Counted from the first letter of the stretch, positions 18,330-28,948 are shown. The stretch is 64,000 nt of DNA from Minisyncoccota bacterium (GCA_018646985.1 JABGTR010000022.1:4343-68342), one strand, 5' to 3'. Notes: generated from the letters alone by a model not told the origin. Numbers and translations are program-made.

Positions 18330-18776
18330 ATGTTAAAAATAAAACTAGTTAGATTCGGAAAAAGAAACCAACCCCACTATCGTATAGTGATTCAAGAAGC
18401 TCGCACTAAAAGAGATGGTAAGTACACTGCCAAAATTGGTCATTACGCACCTACTCAAAATCCAAAGATTCTAGAGATTAATATGGAAGAGTATAAGAAA
18501 TGGATCGCTAAAGGTGCTCAGCCTACAGAAACTGTAGCTAGCTTAGCCAAAAGATTTGCCAGCGGCAACCCTTTCCCAGAGAAAAAGAAAAAGGTTTCCA
18601 AGAAGCAAGCTATAAAAAATAAGAAAGCTAAAGAAGAAGCAGCTAAACCTGTAGAAGAGAAACCAGCTGAAGAAGAAAAGGTTGAAGAACCAGTGGTAGA
18701 AAAAGCTGATGAGCCTGTAGAGGAAAAAGGGGTTGAAGACAAAAAAGTAGAAAAAGAAACAGAAACCAAAAAATAA
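18330..18776 (+). CDS. rpsP: 30S ribosomal protein S16 with a K/E-rich C-terminal tail
   Basis: MLKIKLVRFGKRNQPHYRIVIQEARTKRDGKY... The last roughly 60 aa are K/E/A-rich low complexity. Confidence 0.88.
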   Translation: MLKIKLVRFGKRNQPHYRIVIQEARTKRDGKYTAKIGHYAPTQNPKILEINMEEYKKWIAKGAQPTETVASLAKRFASGNPFPEKKKKVSKKQAIKNKKAKEEAAKPVEEKPAEEEKVEEPVVEKADEPVEEKGVEDKKVEKETETKK

Positions 18777-19063
18777 TGAAGAATTTACTAGAATTTATCT
18801 TAATCCACCTTGTCGACAATCCAGAAGAAGTCAAAATTGAAATTAGCGAAGATGAGCGAGGCACAACCTATCTCATGCATGTTCACCCAGATGACATGGG
18901 AAAAGTGATTGGTAAAAAAGGTTCAGTTATTAACGCCATTAGAAATATCGCTAAAATTCGTGCTATCAAAGAAGGAATTCGTCCTTATATTACACTAGCA
19001 GAACCGGCTGAGACTGAAGAAAAAGTTGAAGAAGAAACTAAAGAAGAAGTCGCGGCTGAATAA
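18776..19063 (+). CDS. KH-domain RNA-binding protein of the YlqC/UPF0109 family
   Basis: KH motif VIGKKGSVINAIRNIAKI. Conserved position after rpsP. Confidence 0.7.
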   Translation: MKNLLEFILIHLVDNPEEVKIEISEDERGTTYLMHVHPDDMGKVIGKKGSVINAIRNIAKIRAIKEGIRPYITLAEPAETEEKVEEETKEEVAAE

Positions 19064-19067
19064 GATA

Positions 19068-19901
19068 TTATTGTGTCAATTGATCTTCATCAAGATCTTG
19101 CAAGTTCAATCCAAAAAGATCATCTAGACCACCACCCTGAATATTCTCTTGCACGTTAAAGGCAGGAAATGAGTAGTTACTAATCTCTTCAATTATCTCT
19201 TGTTCTTTGATACCTATGTCTGGTAGAGAAGAGCTCAACTTAGATGTCACGGATTGTGTGAAAAAATAAGTCTTAAGTACTACTTCTGCTTGAACTTCAT
19301 CCGAAGGCCTAATGATATTATCATTACTCTTAATATCAAGTGATAAGCTAGTAATAGTGGTTAGTGGAGATACTCTCTCTATATCCTCAAAAAAACTTTG
19401 AACATTACGAAACTCACCCAATATTTCTGCCTCTACCACCAAAGAGTCATAGCCTTCATTACTCACTTTTGGTTGCGCCTTCTTATTTTTAGAACTAGAC
19501 TTTGCTACTCCTAGAAACTCTGCACTTTCAGAAGCAATTTTCCCAGGAGAAAGACTTAAATCTACAAAAACCACATCATTTCTACCTGCAACGACATTTA
19601 GTGATGTCATTAACTCCAGCAATGGTTTTTTTGACGGTAAAATTAAGTTGACTAAATCCAAAGAATCATAAGCTTCCCTAGCCTCTATGTTTTCCAAATC
19701 ATTAGTTTTCTGTCGCAACACATTTACTTGATCTTGTTCAACAGAAATCTCTCTATTGAGATCAAACAATTTATTGACTTGAGTAGTAATACCTGAAAAA
19801 ACTATTATTAAAGATAAGACGGCACTTAATATAGACAGCAACAGATAACGACGATTAGTAAATAAAGATTTAAAATTAATCTCTGACTTATTATTGATCA
19901 T
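19068..19901 (-). CDS. pilO: Type IV pilus assembly protein PilO-like
   Basis: N-terminal transmembrane segment plus coiled coil. Last gene of a pilM-pilN-pilO arrangement, translationally coupled. Confidence 0.45.
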   Translation of the reverse strand: MINNKSEINFKSLFTNRRYLLLSILSAVLSLIIVFSGITTQVNKLFDLNREISVEQDQVNVLRQKTNDLENIEAREAYDSLDLVNLILPSKKPLLELMTSLNVVAGRNDVVFVDLSLSPGKIASESAEFLGVAKSSSKNKKAQPKVSNEGYDSLVVEAEILGEFRNVQSFFEDIERVSPLTTITSLSLDIKSNDNIIRPSDEVQAEVVLKTYFFTQSVTSKLSSSLPDIGIKEQEIIEEISNYSFPAFNVQENIQGGGLDDLFGLNLQDLDEDQLTQ

Positions 19902-20449
19902 TCTTTTTTTCCCATCACTACTGTGACTTGCATTTGATAAACCCCACTCGTTGTTCTTTGAAGATTACTCTTGGATAAAGATGAAAACTTTTCGATTGAT
20001 TGTTGATTAGATAGTAACTCAAACACATTTTCTAAAGAAAAAATATCCGCAGACATAAGGCGAAAAGTAAGTAGTTGCGAATTTGCATCATAAACAATCC
20101 TCTCAATGGTCACATCATCGCCAAATATTTGAGAGAAATAACTAATTGCTTCCTGTTTGTCTTTCCTTTTTTGAAAAATATTACTCAAAACCCTGAGTTT
20201 GTTAACAAATAAAACAAATGTCTTCTCCCTTTCTTCTTGTTTTTTAATACGACTTAAATAGTTATTTTGATTGCTTTTAATTTCATTGAGCTGAGAAGTT
20301 AAGTAAATTTTATAACCTAAGACTACAGCCAACATTAATAACAAAGCAGAAGTAATAATAGCTGAAATTCTAAAAACTTCTTGATCTCTCTCTTCAATTT
20401 TTGTCAGCTTCTTAATTCGCTGACGAACAAAATTAATATCTGCCATCAT
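19898..20449 (-). CDS. pilN: Type IV pilus assembly protein PilN-like
   Basis: Short cytoplasmic N-terminus, one transmembrane segment and a coiled-coil periplasmic part. Coupled to pilM. Confidence 0.5.
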   Translation of the reverse strand: MMADINFVRQRIKKLTKIEERDQEVFRISAIITSALLLMLAVVLGYKIYLTSQLNEIKSNQNNYLSRIKKQEEREKTFVLFVNKLRVLSNIFQKRKDKQEAISYFSQIFGDDVTIERIVYDANSQLLTFRLMSADIFSLENVFELLSNQQSIEKFSSLSKSNLQRTTSGVYQMQVTVVMGKKE

Positions 20450-21462
20450 TAAAGCTCCTCACGTGCCATTAGCCCCATACAGACAGTCCAAGTGGGATGA
20501 TTAGCTTCAGGAATCATGCCAGTAACATTTGAAAAAGGGGCCGCTACCAATACCTCTACACCTACCTCCTGGGTAATGTATTGAACTAGCCCAGGTAATA
20601 GAGTAGGGCCACCAGACAGGAGGATACGCTGTGCATTTACACCTGGGTATTGATTTACAAAGAATGTCATTGCTTTTCTAATTTCATTAACCATGATTTG
20701 CACTACTGGGAGCAAGGCCGCCTTAACTTTCCCCTCAAACTGATTTTCATCTAATCCATATGCTCGCTTATATTCTTCTGCCTGTTGAGCACTTAAATTT
20801 ATCTGCCTTTCCAAAGATTGTGTTAGGGCATGACCTCCAGTCATTTGAGAAGTTATAAATCTGAGTTCTCCCTCATAAACCATTGCCAACTGGGTATTGC
20901 TTGCACCCATCTGAAGCACTAACGTAGGTGGTTCTTGTTTTTCAATATCTAATGCTCTCAGCACAGACAGCATCTGTGTCTCTAGTAATTTTGGCTCAAT
21001 CCCTAGTGTTAAAAATACATTTGTATATCTCTCTACCAAATCCTTATGGACCCCAACTAAAAGGACTCTCATTTTCTCATCGTTTTTATTTTCTTTACTA
21101 GGTCTATGTAGAACCTGATACTGCAAAGATAGCTGATCTGGAGGAATAGGAATGTGTTGCTCTGCCTGCCAACCAATTGCAGAGGCTAGCTCCGCATCAC
21201 TTAAAGTAGGTAGTTCAATAATATTGGTAGAGACAACTGACTCAGGCAAGCTCAACCTCACATCATTTCGGGGTAGTTTATTGTCAGCTATTATCGATTC
21301 TATTAAATCAACAAATTTCTGCATTAAAGCCTCGTCACTGGGAATAGAAACCCCGAGTGGATTAAAAACTTCAACGAATCGCTCAACCTCTATTTTTTTT
21401 CCAGGATTACCGCTAATAGCTTTAATAGCATAAGTACCGATATCTAAAGAAAGGGCAGACAT
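20449..21462 (-). CDS. pilM: Type IV pilus assembly ATPase-like protein PilM (actin/FtsA fold)
   Basis: MSALSLDIGTYAIKAIS... with FtsA/PilM-like phosphate motifs. Confidence 0.75.
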   Translation of the reverse strand: MSALSLDIGTYAIKAISGNPGKKIEVERFVEVFNPLGVSIPSDEALMQKFVDLIESIIADNKLPRNDVRLSLPESVVSTNIIELPTLSDAELASAIGWQAEQHIPIPPDQLSLQYQVLHRPSKENKNDEKMRVLLVGVHKDLVERYTNVFLTLGIEPKLLETQMLSVLRALDIEKQEPPTLVLQMGASNTQLAMVYEGELRFITSQMTGGHALTQSLERQINLSAQQAEEYKRAYGLDENQFEGKVKAALLPVVQIMVNEIRKAMTFFVNQYPGVNAQRILLSGGPTLLPGLVQYITQEVGVEVLVAAPFSNVTGMIPEANHPTWTVCMGLMAREEL

Positions 21463-21484
21463 ATTTATAGTTTAGCGTAAGATT

Positions 21485-22267
21485 CTACTTAGATAAAGAT
21501 CCACCGCTATAAACTGCATAATCTAATATTGATGGTGCAGACTTAATAGTTCTATTAACCTCGACAACTCTAGTTTCATTGCTTTCGGTGTTAGCTGCTT
21601 CTGATCTGATTGAGTAATATTGAACAGGCATCGTAAAATCACTACTTGAAACTTTAATGAAGGTATCGTTATAAACCGTTTTCACCCTAACTAAAAAATC
21701 GTCTGCCTGAAGGGGTAAATTGTAGCGTCTATGATAGCCATTTTCATCAATTACAGAACTAGTGGTAAAACCATCGCTATTATCACAACCACCAATAGCC
21801 CCATACCTGACCTTAGTCACTCCTGCATCATCGTAGTAAATAGAAACAATCAGGGAAGCCAGTGTCTCAGTGTTGCAATCCGATAATCTCGACCAATCAA
21901 TCTGCAGCTCATTACCATCACTCACACCAGTCACATCCACTCCAGCTGAAATCCCTTCAAACAATCTAGTTTCTAGTACATTAACTTTCTCGACAGAGTA
22001 ATTAACTCCCACCCCAACTACAGAATCAACAATTCCGCTATAAAGATTATCGACAAACTCTAAGCCCCCCAGATCTTCAGAAAGAGCATCTTCGATGCCC
22101 TGCTCAGCTGCATTAAAAACTCGAGATGACTCAACCTCTTTGCCAGATAACAAAGCTTCCTGTGTAGTTCTAGAGGCTAGTGACAAGCCCATGGTTAACA
22201 TACCAGTCATAGTTAATAGAACAATCACTCCAACTTGACCAGATTCACGATTAAAACTAAATCTCAT
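21485..22267 (-). CDS. Hypothetical pilus-associated protein, PilX-like N-terminus
   Basis: N-terminal hydrophobic segment (GVIVLLTMTGMLTMGLSLA) resembling non-canonical minor-pilin PilX N-termini. Confidence 0.3.
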   Translation of the reverse strand: MRFSFNRESGQVGVIVLLTMTGMLTMGLSLASRTTQEALLSGKEVESSRVFNAAEQGIEDALSEDLGGLEFVDNLYSGIVDSVVGVGVNYSVEKVNVLETRLFEGISAGVDVTGVSDGNELQIDWSRLSDCNTETLASLIVSIYYDDAGVTKVRYGAIGGCDNSDGFTTSSVIDENGYHRRYNLPLQADDFLVRVKTVYNDTFIKVSSSDFTMPVQYYSIRSEAANTESNETRVVEVNRTIKSAPSILDYAVYSGGSLSK

Positions 22268-22329
22268 ATGATTCCATCATAAGAAACTTCTGGCTCTACT
22301 GCAACTGCGATCGTGCTAGACTCGTTTAT

Positions 22330-22854
22330 ATGAGTATTAAAGAAAAAAGTGGGTTCACCCTCATAGAACTACTAATAGTAACCTCTATTACAGTCATCTT
22401 GTTGCTCTCAGCCTCAGTTTTATTTATGACTTTTTTAATCAGTAATAGCAAAATAAATAGCGAACAACTGGTCAAACAGGAGGGACAACACGCTTTGAGT
22501 CAAATAGAGTTTTTATTAAGAAATGCTTTAGAAATCTTACCAAATGAATTGGGCCAAGAGTGTGAATTGGGTATGACAGAGATTAAATTCTTTTCTATAG
22601 ACGGTGGAACTACCTCACTGAAAAAAGAAGATGTTGATGGTAATAATAAAATCGCTTCTAATTCTAGCTACCTTACTTCAAGCACAGTCGAGATTACTGA
22701 CGGGCCAACATTTAACTGTACTCAGGACAATGATGAGAGTCATCCTCATATAAATATCAGCTTCACCCTCAGAAAAGGCACTCCAGGACTAGATCGAGAT
22801 CGAGATATAGTGGAGGAGATATTTACTAGTAGCACTACGGTGCGTAGCTTATAG
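22330..22854 (+). CDS. Prepilin-type N-terminal cleavage/methylation domain protein (minor pilin)
   Basis: Class III signal GFTLIELLIVTSI. Confidence 0.65.
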   Translation: MSIKEKSGFTLIELLIVTSITVILLLSASVLFMTFLISNSKINSEQLVKQEGQHALSQIEFLLRNALEILPNELGQECELGMTEIKFFSIDGGTTSLKKEDVDGNNKIASNSSYLTSSTVEITDGPTFNCTQDNDESHPHINISFTLRKGTPGLDRDRDIVEEIFTSSTTVRSL

Positions 22855-22862
22855 AAGCTTAT

Positions 22863-23321
22863 TTAATTTATCTCTTTGAAGGTTTGCTCTGCTTCAACTT
22901 GTTTTTCCAAATTACCATCCATCCAAGTAACTATTGATTCAACCTTTACCTCATCAGCTAAAATAGTCAAAATTGCCTCGCGACCATAGGTTGTCCCAAC
23001 TATAACTTCTTCATCGCCGCACTCTCCTGGACTAGAAGCAACAAAACTAGCTGAGTCAGCTGGCAATGTATTAAAACAATAAGTATCATCCACCAAAGAA
23101 GATTGAAATGAGCTCCAACCCAATGCATATCTTTCTCGCTGGAAAACTTCAAGCGTCTCCTGAGCAAAGCTGGCTGCCATACTTCTTTTTTTATTTTCAC
23201 TAGTGTTTTTAGCTGACATACTAACACTAGCTGCAATCGCTGTTAAAACAGTTGCCACTACTACTGTTACTAAAATAACCTCGATCAAACTCTGCCCAGA
23301 CTGTTGTTTGCTTTTTTTCAT
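22863..23321 (-). CDS. Pilin-like protein
   Basis: N-terminus QSGQSLIEVILVTVVVATVL. Confidence 0.5.
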   Translation of the reverse strand: MKKSKQQSGQSLIEVILVTVVVATVLTAIAASVSMSAKNTSENKKRSMAASFAQETLEVFQRERYALGWSSFQSSLVDDTYCFNTLPADSASFVASSPGECGDEEVIVGTTYGREAILTILADEVKVESIVTWMDGNLEKQVEAEQTFKEIN

Positions 23322-23327
23322 AAATAT

Positions 23328-23816
23328 TTAAAGAAAATCCCCTTGGGTGATCTCTCCTCCTTGAGTAACTTCGAAGCTATAGGTTCTATCTGCTGCGCCA
23401 ACTACTTCGATTGTGCCTGAGCCAATCACTCCACCGTGTAGACCCAAAAAAGTTATGTTTATATCACTACTCAGTGTGGTAGATTCTGGCAATAAAAAAC
23501 TATCCTTTTCAATGCTTTCTTCCACGCCACCAGTAGAACAAACGGCCAATATCTTAATCTCTTTTACCGTGCCAGCATCTGAACTAGTCACCTTATAACC
23601 GACCAACTTGTCACAACCGGCGGGGGACTCTCCAACTCTAACTAGAGTTTGGGCTGTCCTCAAATAGCTTCGTAGCTCTTTACTTCCATTTAAAACTTGT
23701 TGCTTATCATTAAAATTTAAAAACGCAGCAATCCCTCCACCAGTAATTAAAACTAAAATTCCAATTGAAACAATTAACTCAATTAAAGTAAATCCAAGTG
23801 ACTGTTTTTTTTGCAT
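23328..23816 (-). CDS. Prepilin-type minor pilin
   Basis: LGFTLIELIVSIGILVLI. Confidence 0.65.
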   Translation of the reverse strand: MQKKQSLGFTLIELIVSIGILVLITGGGIAAFLNFNDKQQVLNGSKELRSYLRTAQTLVRVGESPAGCDKLVGYKVTSSDAGTVKEIKILAVCSTGGVEESIEKDSFLLPESTTLSSDINITFLGLHGGVIGSGTIEVVGAADRTYSFEVTQGGEITQGDFL

Positions 23817-23818
23817 AA

Positions 23819-24193
23819 TCAAGGATTATAGATATAGTAGTATTCTGATCCAGAACTAAGCTCTATATCGGCTCGCAAAGTAAACACAGCTCCATCAGAG
23901 CTGTAATAATAATCATAGGTGGGTGATTTTGGATCAGTTAAAGAATTAAAGCTAATGTATTCACTAATTGCTATCAGCATCAGATCAAAGCTAGCGCTAT
24001 CAGGATACTCGTCAGTATCATTTCTGTACAAAACCAAAGCTTGCCTAACCGACTCGAGATCAGACTTTCTTTTTGCGTTACGACTACTTCGGCTGGCTTG
24101 TCGATAACTTACTAGACCAATTGTCATCAAAACAATGATAATGGTTGTCGTTACTAGCAACTCAATTAATGTGAATCCAAATTGTTTTTTCAT
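23819..24193 (-). CDS. Prepilin-type minor pilin
   Basis: MKKQFGFTLIELLVTTTIIIVL. Confidence 0.7.
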   Translation of the reverse strand: MKKQFGFTLIELLVTTTIIIVLMTIGLVSYRQASRSSRNAKRKSDLESVRQALVLYRNDTDEYPDSASFDLMLIAISEYISFNSLTDPKSPTYDYYYSSDGAVFTLRADIELSSGSEYYYIYNP

Positions 24194-24201
24194 AATTACC
24201 T

Positions 24202-25110
24202 TTATTGTCCTTTCACTAACACTAACATGTTCATGATTGGTAGATCCACGGCTGAAATACCCTGACTGTTCTTGGCTGATAGTTTAACCGAGTAAGAACA
24301 TTCTTTCTTTGAGCACTGATAATCGTGAGTAAAGGTTTGGCTATCTTTATAAAAAGAATCAACCTGGCCATCTCCATAGTTGACCTCCACAGCAACCGAG
24401 TCAGTCAGACCAGAGTCGATCACAAAACTAAAGGTAATACTTTCTCCATTGTTAATAGTTACTGATCTATCTTTTAAGTTTAAGAATGGTTGAGTATTGA
24501 AAGACAATATAATTGGTCTATCTTCACAACTACTAAAACATGTCTTGGGACAATCTAGAGAGCCGCTAAACTGCTCCCCAGAACCTTGCTCAGACTCATA
24601 CCTACAACAAGAAAAACCATAACCAGCGCATGATGTGATCGGTCCAACTCCCAGCTCACTATCAGTAGAGAATGAGGTGATGACTCGATCTTCAACGCCA
24701 ATTGATCTCTGTTTTTTAAACGCCTCCAAAGCTATTCCACTCCGAGTGTCACCCCAGATGATGCCTGTCTGACCAGCAACTTTTTTAATAAACATCGGCA
24801 ACTGCACTCGTTCAAGTAGAATCGGATCAATACTAAACTGGCTACATAATACTTCTAGAACATACTCGTTGTCTGAGACAAATCTTAACTGCATCACTGC
24901 GGGGTCATCTCCATCAATAAAAACTGAACCTTTTTCTTTACACTTAGTAAAATAACTTTTTTGAACTGAAGCACTACGTAAAGTTGATAAAGAACTCTTT
25001 ACTTTACTAACCCCCATAAACATCAGAATTTCTCTAGCTAGTAAAAATCCAACTGAGACTAGTATCGCAGTTGAAAGAACTGATTTAAAAATAAATTTAA
25101 TAATTCTCAT
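24202..25110 (-). CDS. Membrane-anchored, Cys-rich protein with a C-terminal PKD-like domain
   Basis: N-terminal transmembrane segment. About 14 Cys residues. The C-terminal segment VEVNYGDGQ...FTHDY...YSVKLSAKNSQG matches PKD-domain hallmarks. Confidence 0.4.
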   Translation of the reverse strand: MRIIKFIFKSVLSTAILVSVGFLLAREILMFMGVSKVKSSLSTLRSASVQKSYFTKCKEKGSVFIDGDDPAVMQLRFVSDNEYVLEVLCSQFSIDPILLERVQLPMFIKKVAGQTGIIWGDTRSGIALEAFKKQRSIGVEDRVITSFSTDSELGVGPITSCAGYGFSCCRYESEQGSGEQFSGSLDCPKTCFSSCEDRPIILSFNTQPFLNLKDRSVTINNGESITFSFVIDSGLTDSVAVEVNYGDGQVDSFYKDSQTFTHDYQCSKKECSYSVKLSAKNSQGISAVDLPIMNMLVLVKGQ

Positions 25111-25121
25111 AATTTATTCAC

Positions 25122-25931
25122 CTATAGCCAATGCATGTACCAGCTAAATATAGCATCTCCCCAAAATAAACTCACTACAGCTCCGAGAATAATAAACGGA
25201 CCAAAAGGAATTACCTGCCCAACTCTTTTTTTACCTAGAATCAGCAAAATAACTCCAGAAATTCCACCAATTATAAATGAAAAAAACAAACCAACCAGTA
25301 TCTTGGGCCAGCCTAATAAAAGTGCTATCGGTGCCATTAGCTTCACATCACCAAAACCCATGCCCTTGCCTTTAGTTAGGGCCCATAAACCACCTATAAA
25401 AGCTACTGCTATCAACATACCAACAAGTGCCAAATATAGATCTTGTGGCTGCATGATCGAAGCTGAAGTTAGATATATTCGATAAAATAGGGTCAACAAA
25501 AATAATGCACCCACAGCCAAGTCTGGAATAATCATGTGCATTAAATCAGCGAAGAAAATAGTTAACAATAAAATTCCCACCAACAACCAAAAAAGAGGTT
25601 GTAAAACTTGAAATGGAGCAGTGGTTAATCTAAAAAAAACAAAACCTATCCCATACCACCACACGAATAATGAGCCAGTGACAAACTCCACAAACGGGTA
25701 TGAAATGGGAATCCGTTTCTTACAACAACGGGACTTTCCACCAAGTAATAGAAAGGATAAGATAGGCATGTTGTCATACCAAGCAATTTTTTTCTGACAA
25801 TGATCACAGTGAGAACGACCACTCACCCAAGACTCACCTCTAACAGTTCTGTAAATAAGAACATTCAAAAAACTGCCCACAGCAGACCCTAAAATAAATA
25901 AGAAAAAGCTAAAGAAAACTAGACTGCCCAT
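25122..25931 (-). CDS. pilD: Prepilin peptidase (A24 family)
   Basis: N-terminal zinc-binding CDHCQ...CCKKRIP tetracysteine. Polytopic membrane domain with conserved Asp residues. Confidence 0.85.
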   Translation of the reverse strand: MGSLVFFSFFLFILGSAVGSFLNVLIYRTVRGESWVSGRSHCDHCQKKIAWYDNMPILSFLLLGGKSRCCKKRIPISYPFVEFVTGSLFVWWYGIGFVFFRLTTAPFQVLQPLFWLLVGILLLTIFFADLMHMIIPDLAVGALFLLTLFYRIYLTSASIMQPQDLYLALVGMLIAVAFIGGLWALTKGKGMGFGDVKLMAPIALLLGWPKILVGLFFSFIIGGISGVILLILGKKRVGQVIPFGPFIILGAVVSLFWGDAIFSWYMHWL

Positions 25932-25990
25932 TATATTTTAATCATATCAGAAGCTTGAGATAGAGTAGAGTATTAAGATGAGAATTTCAA

Positions 25991-26608
25991 CTAAGGTAAA
26001 CAAATCAGGTCGTCAGTCCCACCACCGATGTCGCAAACGGCAACTCCGGCGATAGGAGTGGTTGTTGTCCCATCAGTGCAATTGTCTTCTGCTTCTTGAA
26101 CAAAAGCCTTGGAAGTAGGCATAAAACAGGCATACATAGTTTCATTATAACCTGCAGATTTACCTATAAATAACTTATTATCATCTTTAAGACGATTGGT
26201 GAAACCTTCCTTTACTTCAGATGTAGAAACTAAGACATCCACCCAGTCCCAATCTGTATAAGTCACAGCCAACCCATGCTCAGTGATCAAAGTAGAAGCA
26301 GCTCCAACGAAGTCAATCGCTGCATTAGGCAGATCTAACAAAGCTACAGGAGCAGTATAATCAGGTGCATTAGTCACATTCCAAGGATATTTTTCATGGA
26401 TAGCATAATACCTATCAATGGCATTAATTAGCTGAGCTGCATCTGAACGAGTCCGAGTGTCTCGACCTTTGTTAATCTGTTCGATTGGATTAATAGAAGA
26501 GAGGACTGCCACTGCCAATACACCAATTACGGCGATTACCACTAACAACTCGATCATGGTGAAACCAGCTTTAGAAGTAAAAGATAGAATTTTGGACAGT
26601 TTTTTCAT
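25991..26608 (-). CDS. pilA: Major type IV pilin
   Basis: Class III signal KAGFTMIELLVVIAVIGVLAVAVL after a short leader. The start is set at MKKLSK. Confidence 0.7.
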   Translation of the reverse strand: MKKLSKILSFTSKAGFTMIELLVVIAVIGVLAVAVLSSINPIEQINKGRDTRTRSDAAQLINAIDRYYAIHEKYPWNVTNAPDYTAPVALLDLPNAAIDFVGAASTLITEHGLAVTYTDWDWVDVLVSTSEVKEGFTNRLKDDNKLFIGKSAGYNETMYACFMPTSKAFVQEAEDNCTDGTTTTPIAGVAVCDIGGGTDDLICLP

Positions 26609-26683
26609 AAACAACTTTAAATAATATATATTAACTTTACAACAGCTCTCACTTGACACGCAAGTACCTATCAGTCTGACAGT

Positions 26684-27886
26684 CTAAAACTGACTCGTCA
26701 AGCTATAGATCGGCATAATAATGGCTACCACCATTACACCTACGCTCAAACCCAAAACAATCATAATTGCTGGTTCAAGGGCAGTTGTTAAATTCTTGAC
26801 TGCTTGCTCACTCTCAGTCTCAAAGTAAATGGAAAGCTTCAATAGAATTTCATCAAGTTTACCAGTCTCTTCTCCTACTGAAGTCATCTGATATAAAATT
26901 GGCGGGAAAGTCTCACTGGCACTCAAAGCCTGAGACATCGGAATGCCTTTTTCCACTTTTTTAGCAACGGCTTCCAGTGAATCACGATAGTTGATGCTCT
27001 CAATCGCTTCAGAAACAATCCTTAAAGCGCTGATCAATGAGACTCCGGCGCTTAGTAGTAAAGACAAAGTTCTAGCAAACTCAGTCACAATAACTTTTTC
27101 TTTCAACTCACCAAAAACAGGTATTTTAAGTAAAAAACGATCAAAAGAACGATCTCCCGCCTCTGTCTTTCTCCAACTCCTGAACAAAAACCCACCAGCT
27201 ACCATAAAAGAGATCATTGCCCACCAGTATTTTACAAAAACATCTGATATATCAATTAATAATTGAGTAACAAATGGTAGGTCAGCACCAAAATCTTGAT
27301 ACATCTCAGTTAGCTTAGGAATAACAACCACCATCATTACAAAACCAACACCCAACATGGCGGTAACAATGATTGCTGGATAAATTAAAGCACCCTTAGT
27401 TTTGCCTCTAAATTCTTTTTGTTTTTCCAATGTATCAGCTAGACGAGACAGTATTTCATCGATTACACCACCAGCTTCACCAGCTCTAATGAGCTGGACA
27501 TAAACCCGTGAAAAAACTTTTGGTTTTTTCTCTAATGCCTGAGAGAAGGTCTTGCCACCCTCAATGTCTCTTAAGAGTTCATTAATTAATATTGAGACTT
27601 CCGATCGCCCTTGTTCAGCCAATATTGATAGAGAAGTACTCAGAGGCAATCCGGCTGTAATCATGGTTGAAAGCTGGCGAGTCATATTAACAACATCATC
27701 CTCTTTAATGCCAGAGGTCATGTTCTTAATAAAAGTGAAAGATCCTTGTTCAAGTGGGGCAATGTTAATCACTAATAAGCTACGGCTAGCTAGAATTGAG
27801 GCAGCCACACTAATACTCCTGGCCTCAACCTTACCCTTTACAGTTTCGCTATGTTCGTTCTTAGCCGTATATTTAAAAAAAGGCAT
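26684..27886 (-). CDS. pilC: Type IV pilus inner-membrane platform protein (GspF family)
   Basis: Two T2SSF repeats with the 3-transmembrane topology. Confidence 0.85.
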   Translation of the reverse strand: MPFFKYTAKNEHSETVKGKVEARSISVAASILASRSLLVINIAPLEQGSFTFIKNMTSGIKEDDVVNMTRQLSTMITAGLPLSTSLSILAEQGRSEVSILINELLRDIEGGKTFSQALEKKPKVFSRVYVQLIRAGEAGGVIDEILSRLADTLEKQKEFRGKTKGALIYPAIIVTAMLGVGFVMMVVVIPKLTEMYQDFGADLPFVTQLLIDISDVFVKYWWAMISFMVAGGFLFRSWRKTEAGDRSFDRFLLKIPVFGELKEKVIVTEFARTLSLLLSAGVSLISALRIVSEAIESINYRDSLEAVAKKVEKGIPMSQALSASETFPPILYQMTSVGEETGKLDEILLKLSIYFETESEQAVKNLTTALEPAIMIVLGLSVGVMVVAIIMPIYSLTSQF

Positions 27887-28944
27887 TATCTACCTTCCAT
27901 TAGTTGATCAAAAATATCTGGTCTAAAAGAGAAGTCTCTAGCTACTTCTTTAGACACAACTCCTTGCCTTACTTTGTCTACCAGTGAATTTTCCATCAGA
28001 ATCATCCCATCTGCACTAGAGGTCTGAATAACATTTTCCATTAAGTGAGTCTTAGATTCTCTAATCAAATTTTTAATCGCTGAATTAGCGATCAAAACTT
28101 CGGCAACTACAGTTTGAGCTCCATCTATGGTCGGCACTAGACGTTGAGAAACAACTGCTTTAATTGATCCAGCTAGTTGTTGCCTAATCTGACCCTGTTG
28201 ATTGGACGGAAAGACATCAATCATCCTATCCATAGTTTGTGAAGCAGTATTAGTATGAAGAGTTGTAAAAACTAAGTGACCAGTTTCAGCCACAGTAATA
28301 GCTGAAGCAATTGTCTCATAATCTCTAATCTCTCCCACCAATACAACATCTGGATCTTCCCTCATGGCGCTCCTCAAAGCTAAGCCCCAATCCTGAGTAT
28401 CTTGGTTCATCTCTCGCTGAGAAACAATACTTCTCTTTGATTCAAGAACAAACTCAATCGGGTCTTCAATCGTTAAAATGTGCTCTGATCGTTGTTGATT
28501 GATTTCATCAATAATAGCTGCCAAAGTTGTCGACTTTCCCTCACCTGTGGGACCAGTGACTAGGACTAAGCCTTGTTTATAAGCGGTAAATTGATGGAGA
28601 ATATCTGGTAACTTCAACTCATCAATACTCCTGATTTTTCGAGGAATTAATCTTAGGGCTGCTGCTAATGCCCCGTTAGCGTGATAGACATTAACTCTAA
28701 ACCTGCCATCGTCTCCAAACTGATAGCCAAAATCAATTTCTTTATGTAACTCAACATAATCTCGCTGCTCATTGTTTAATAGCGGGTTTATCAAAGCTAC
28801 AGTTTGTTCTGGAGTTAATCTGGGGGTGTTTTCAATCGCTTCCAGGTTACCATTGACTCTAAAGGTCGGCTGAGCTCCAGCGATAATATGCAGATCTGAT
28901 CCTTGCCGATCTACTAGTATTTTGAGCATGTCGTAGATATTCAT
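27886..28944 (-). CDS. pilT: Twitching-motility retraction ATPase PilT
   Basis: Walker A GPTGEGKST. Asp box. His box TLHT. About 350 aa, PilT-sized. Confidence 0.85.
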   Translation of the reverse strand: MNIYDMLKILVDRQGSDLHIIAGAQPTFRVNGNLEAIENTPRLTPEQTVALINPLLNNEQRDYVELHKEIDFGYQFGDDGRFRVNVYHANGALAAALRLIPRKIRSIDELKLPDILHQFTAYKQGLVLVTGPTGEGKSTTLAAIIDEINQQRSEHILTIEDPIEFVLESKRSIVSQREMNQDTQDWGLALRSAMREDPDVVLVGEIRDYETIASAITVAETGHLVFTTLHTNTASQTMDRMIDVFPSNQQGQIRQQLAGSIKAVVSQRLVPTIDGAQTVVAEVLIANSAIKNLIRESKTHLMENVIQTSSADGMILMENSLVDKVRQGVVSKEVARDFSFRPDIFDQLMEGR

Positions 28945-28948
28945 ATGT

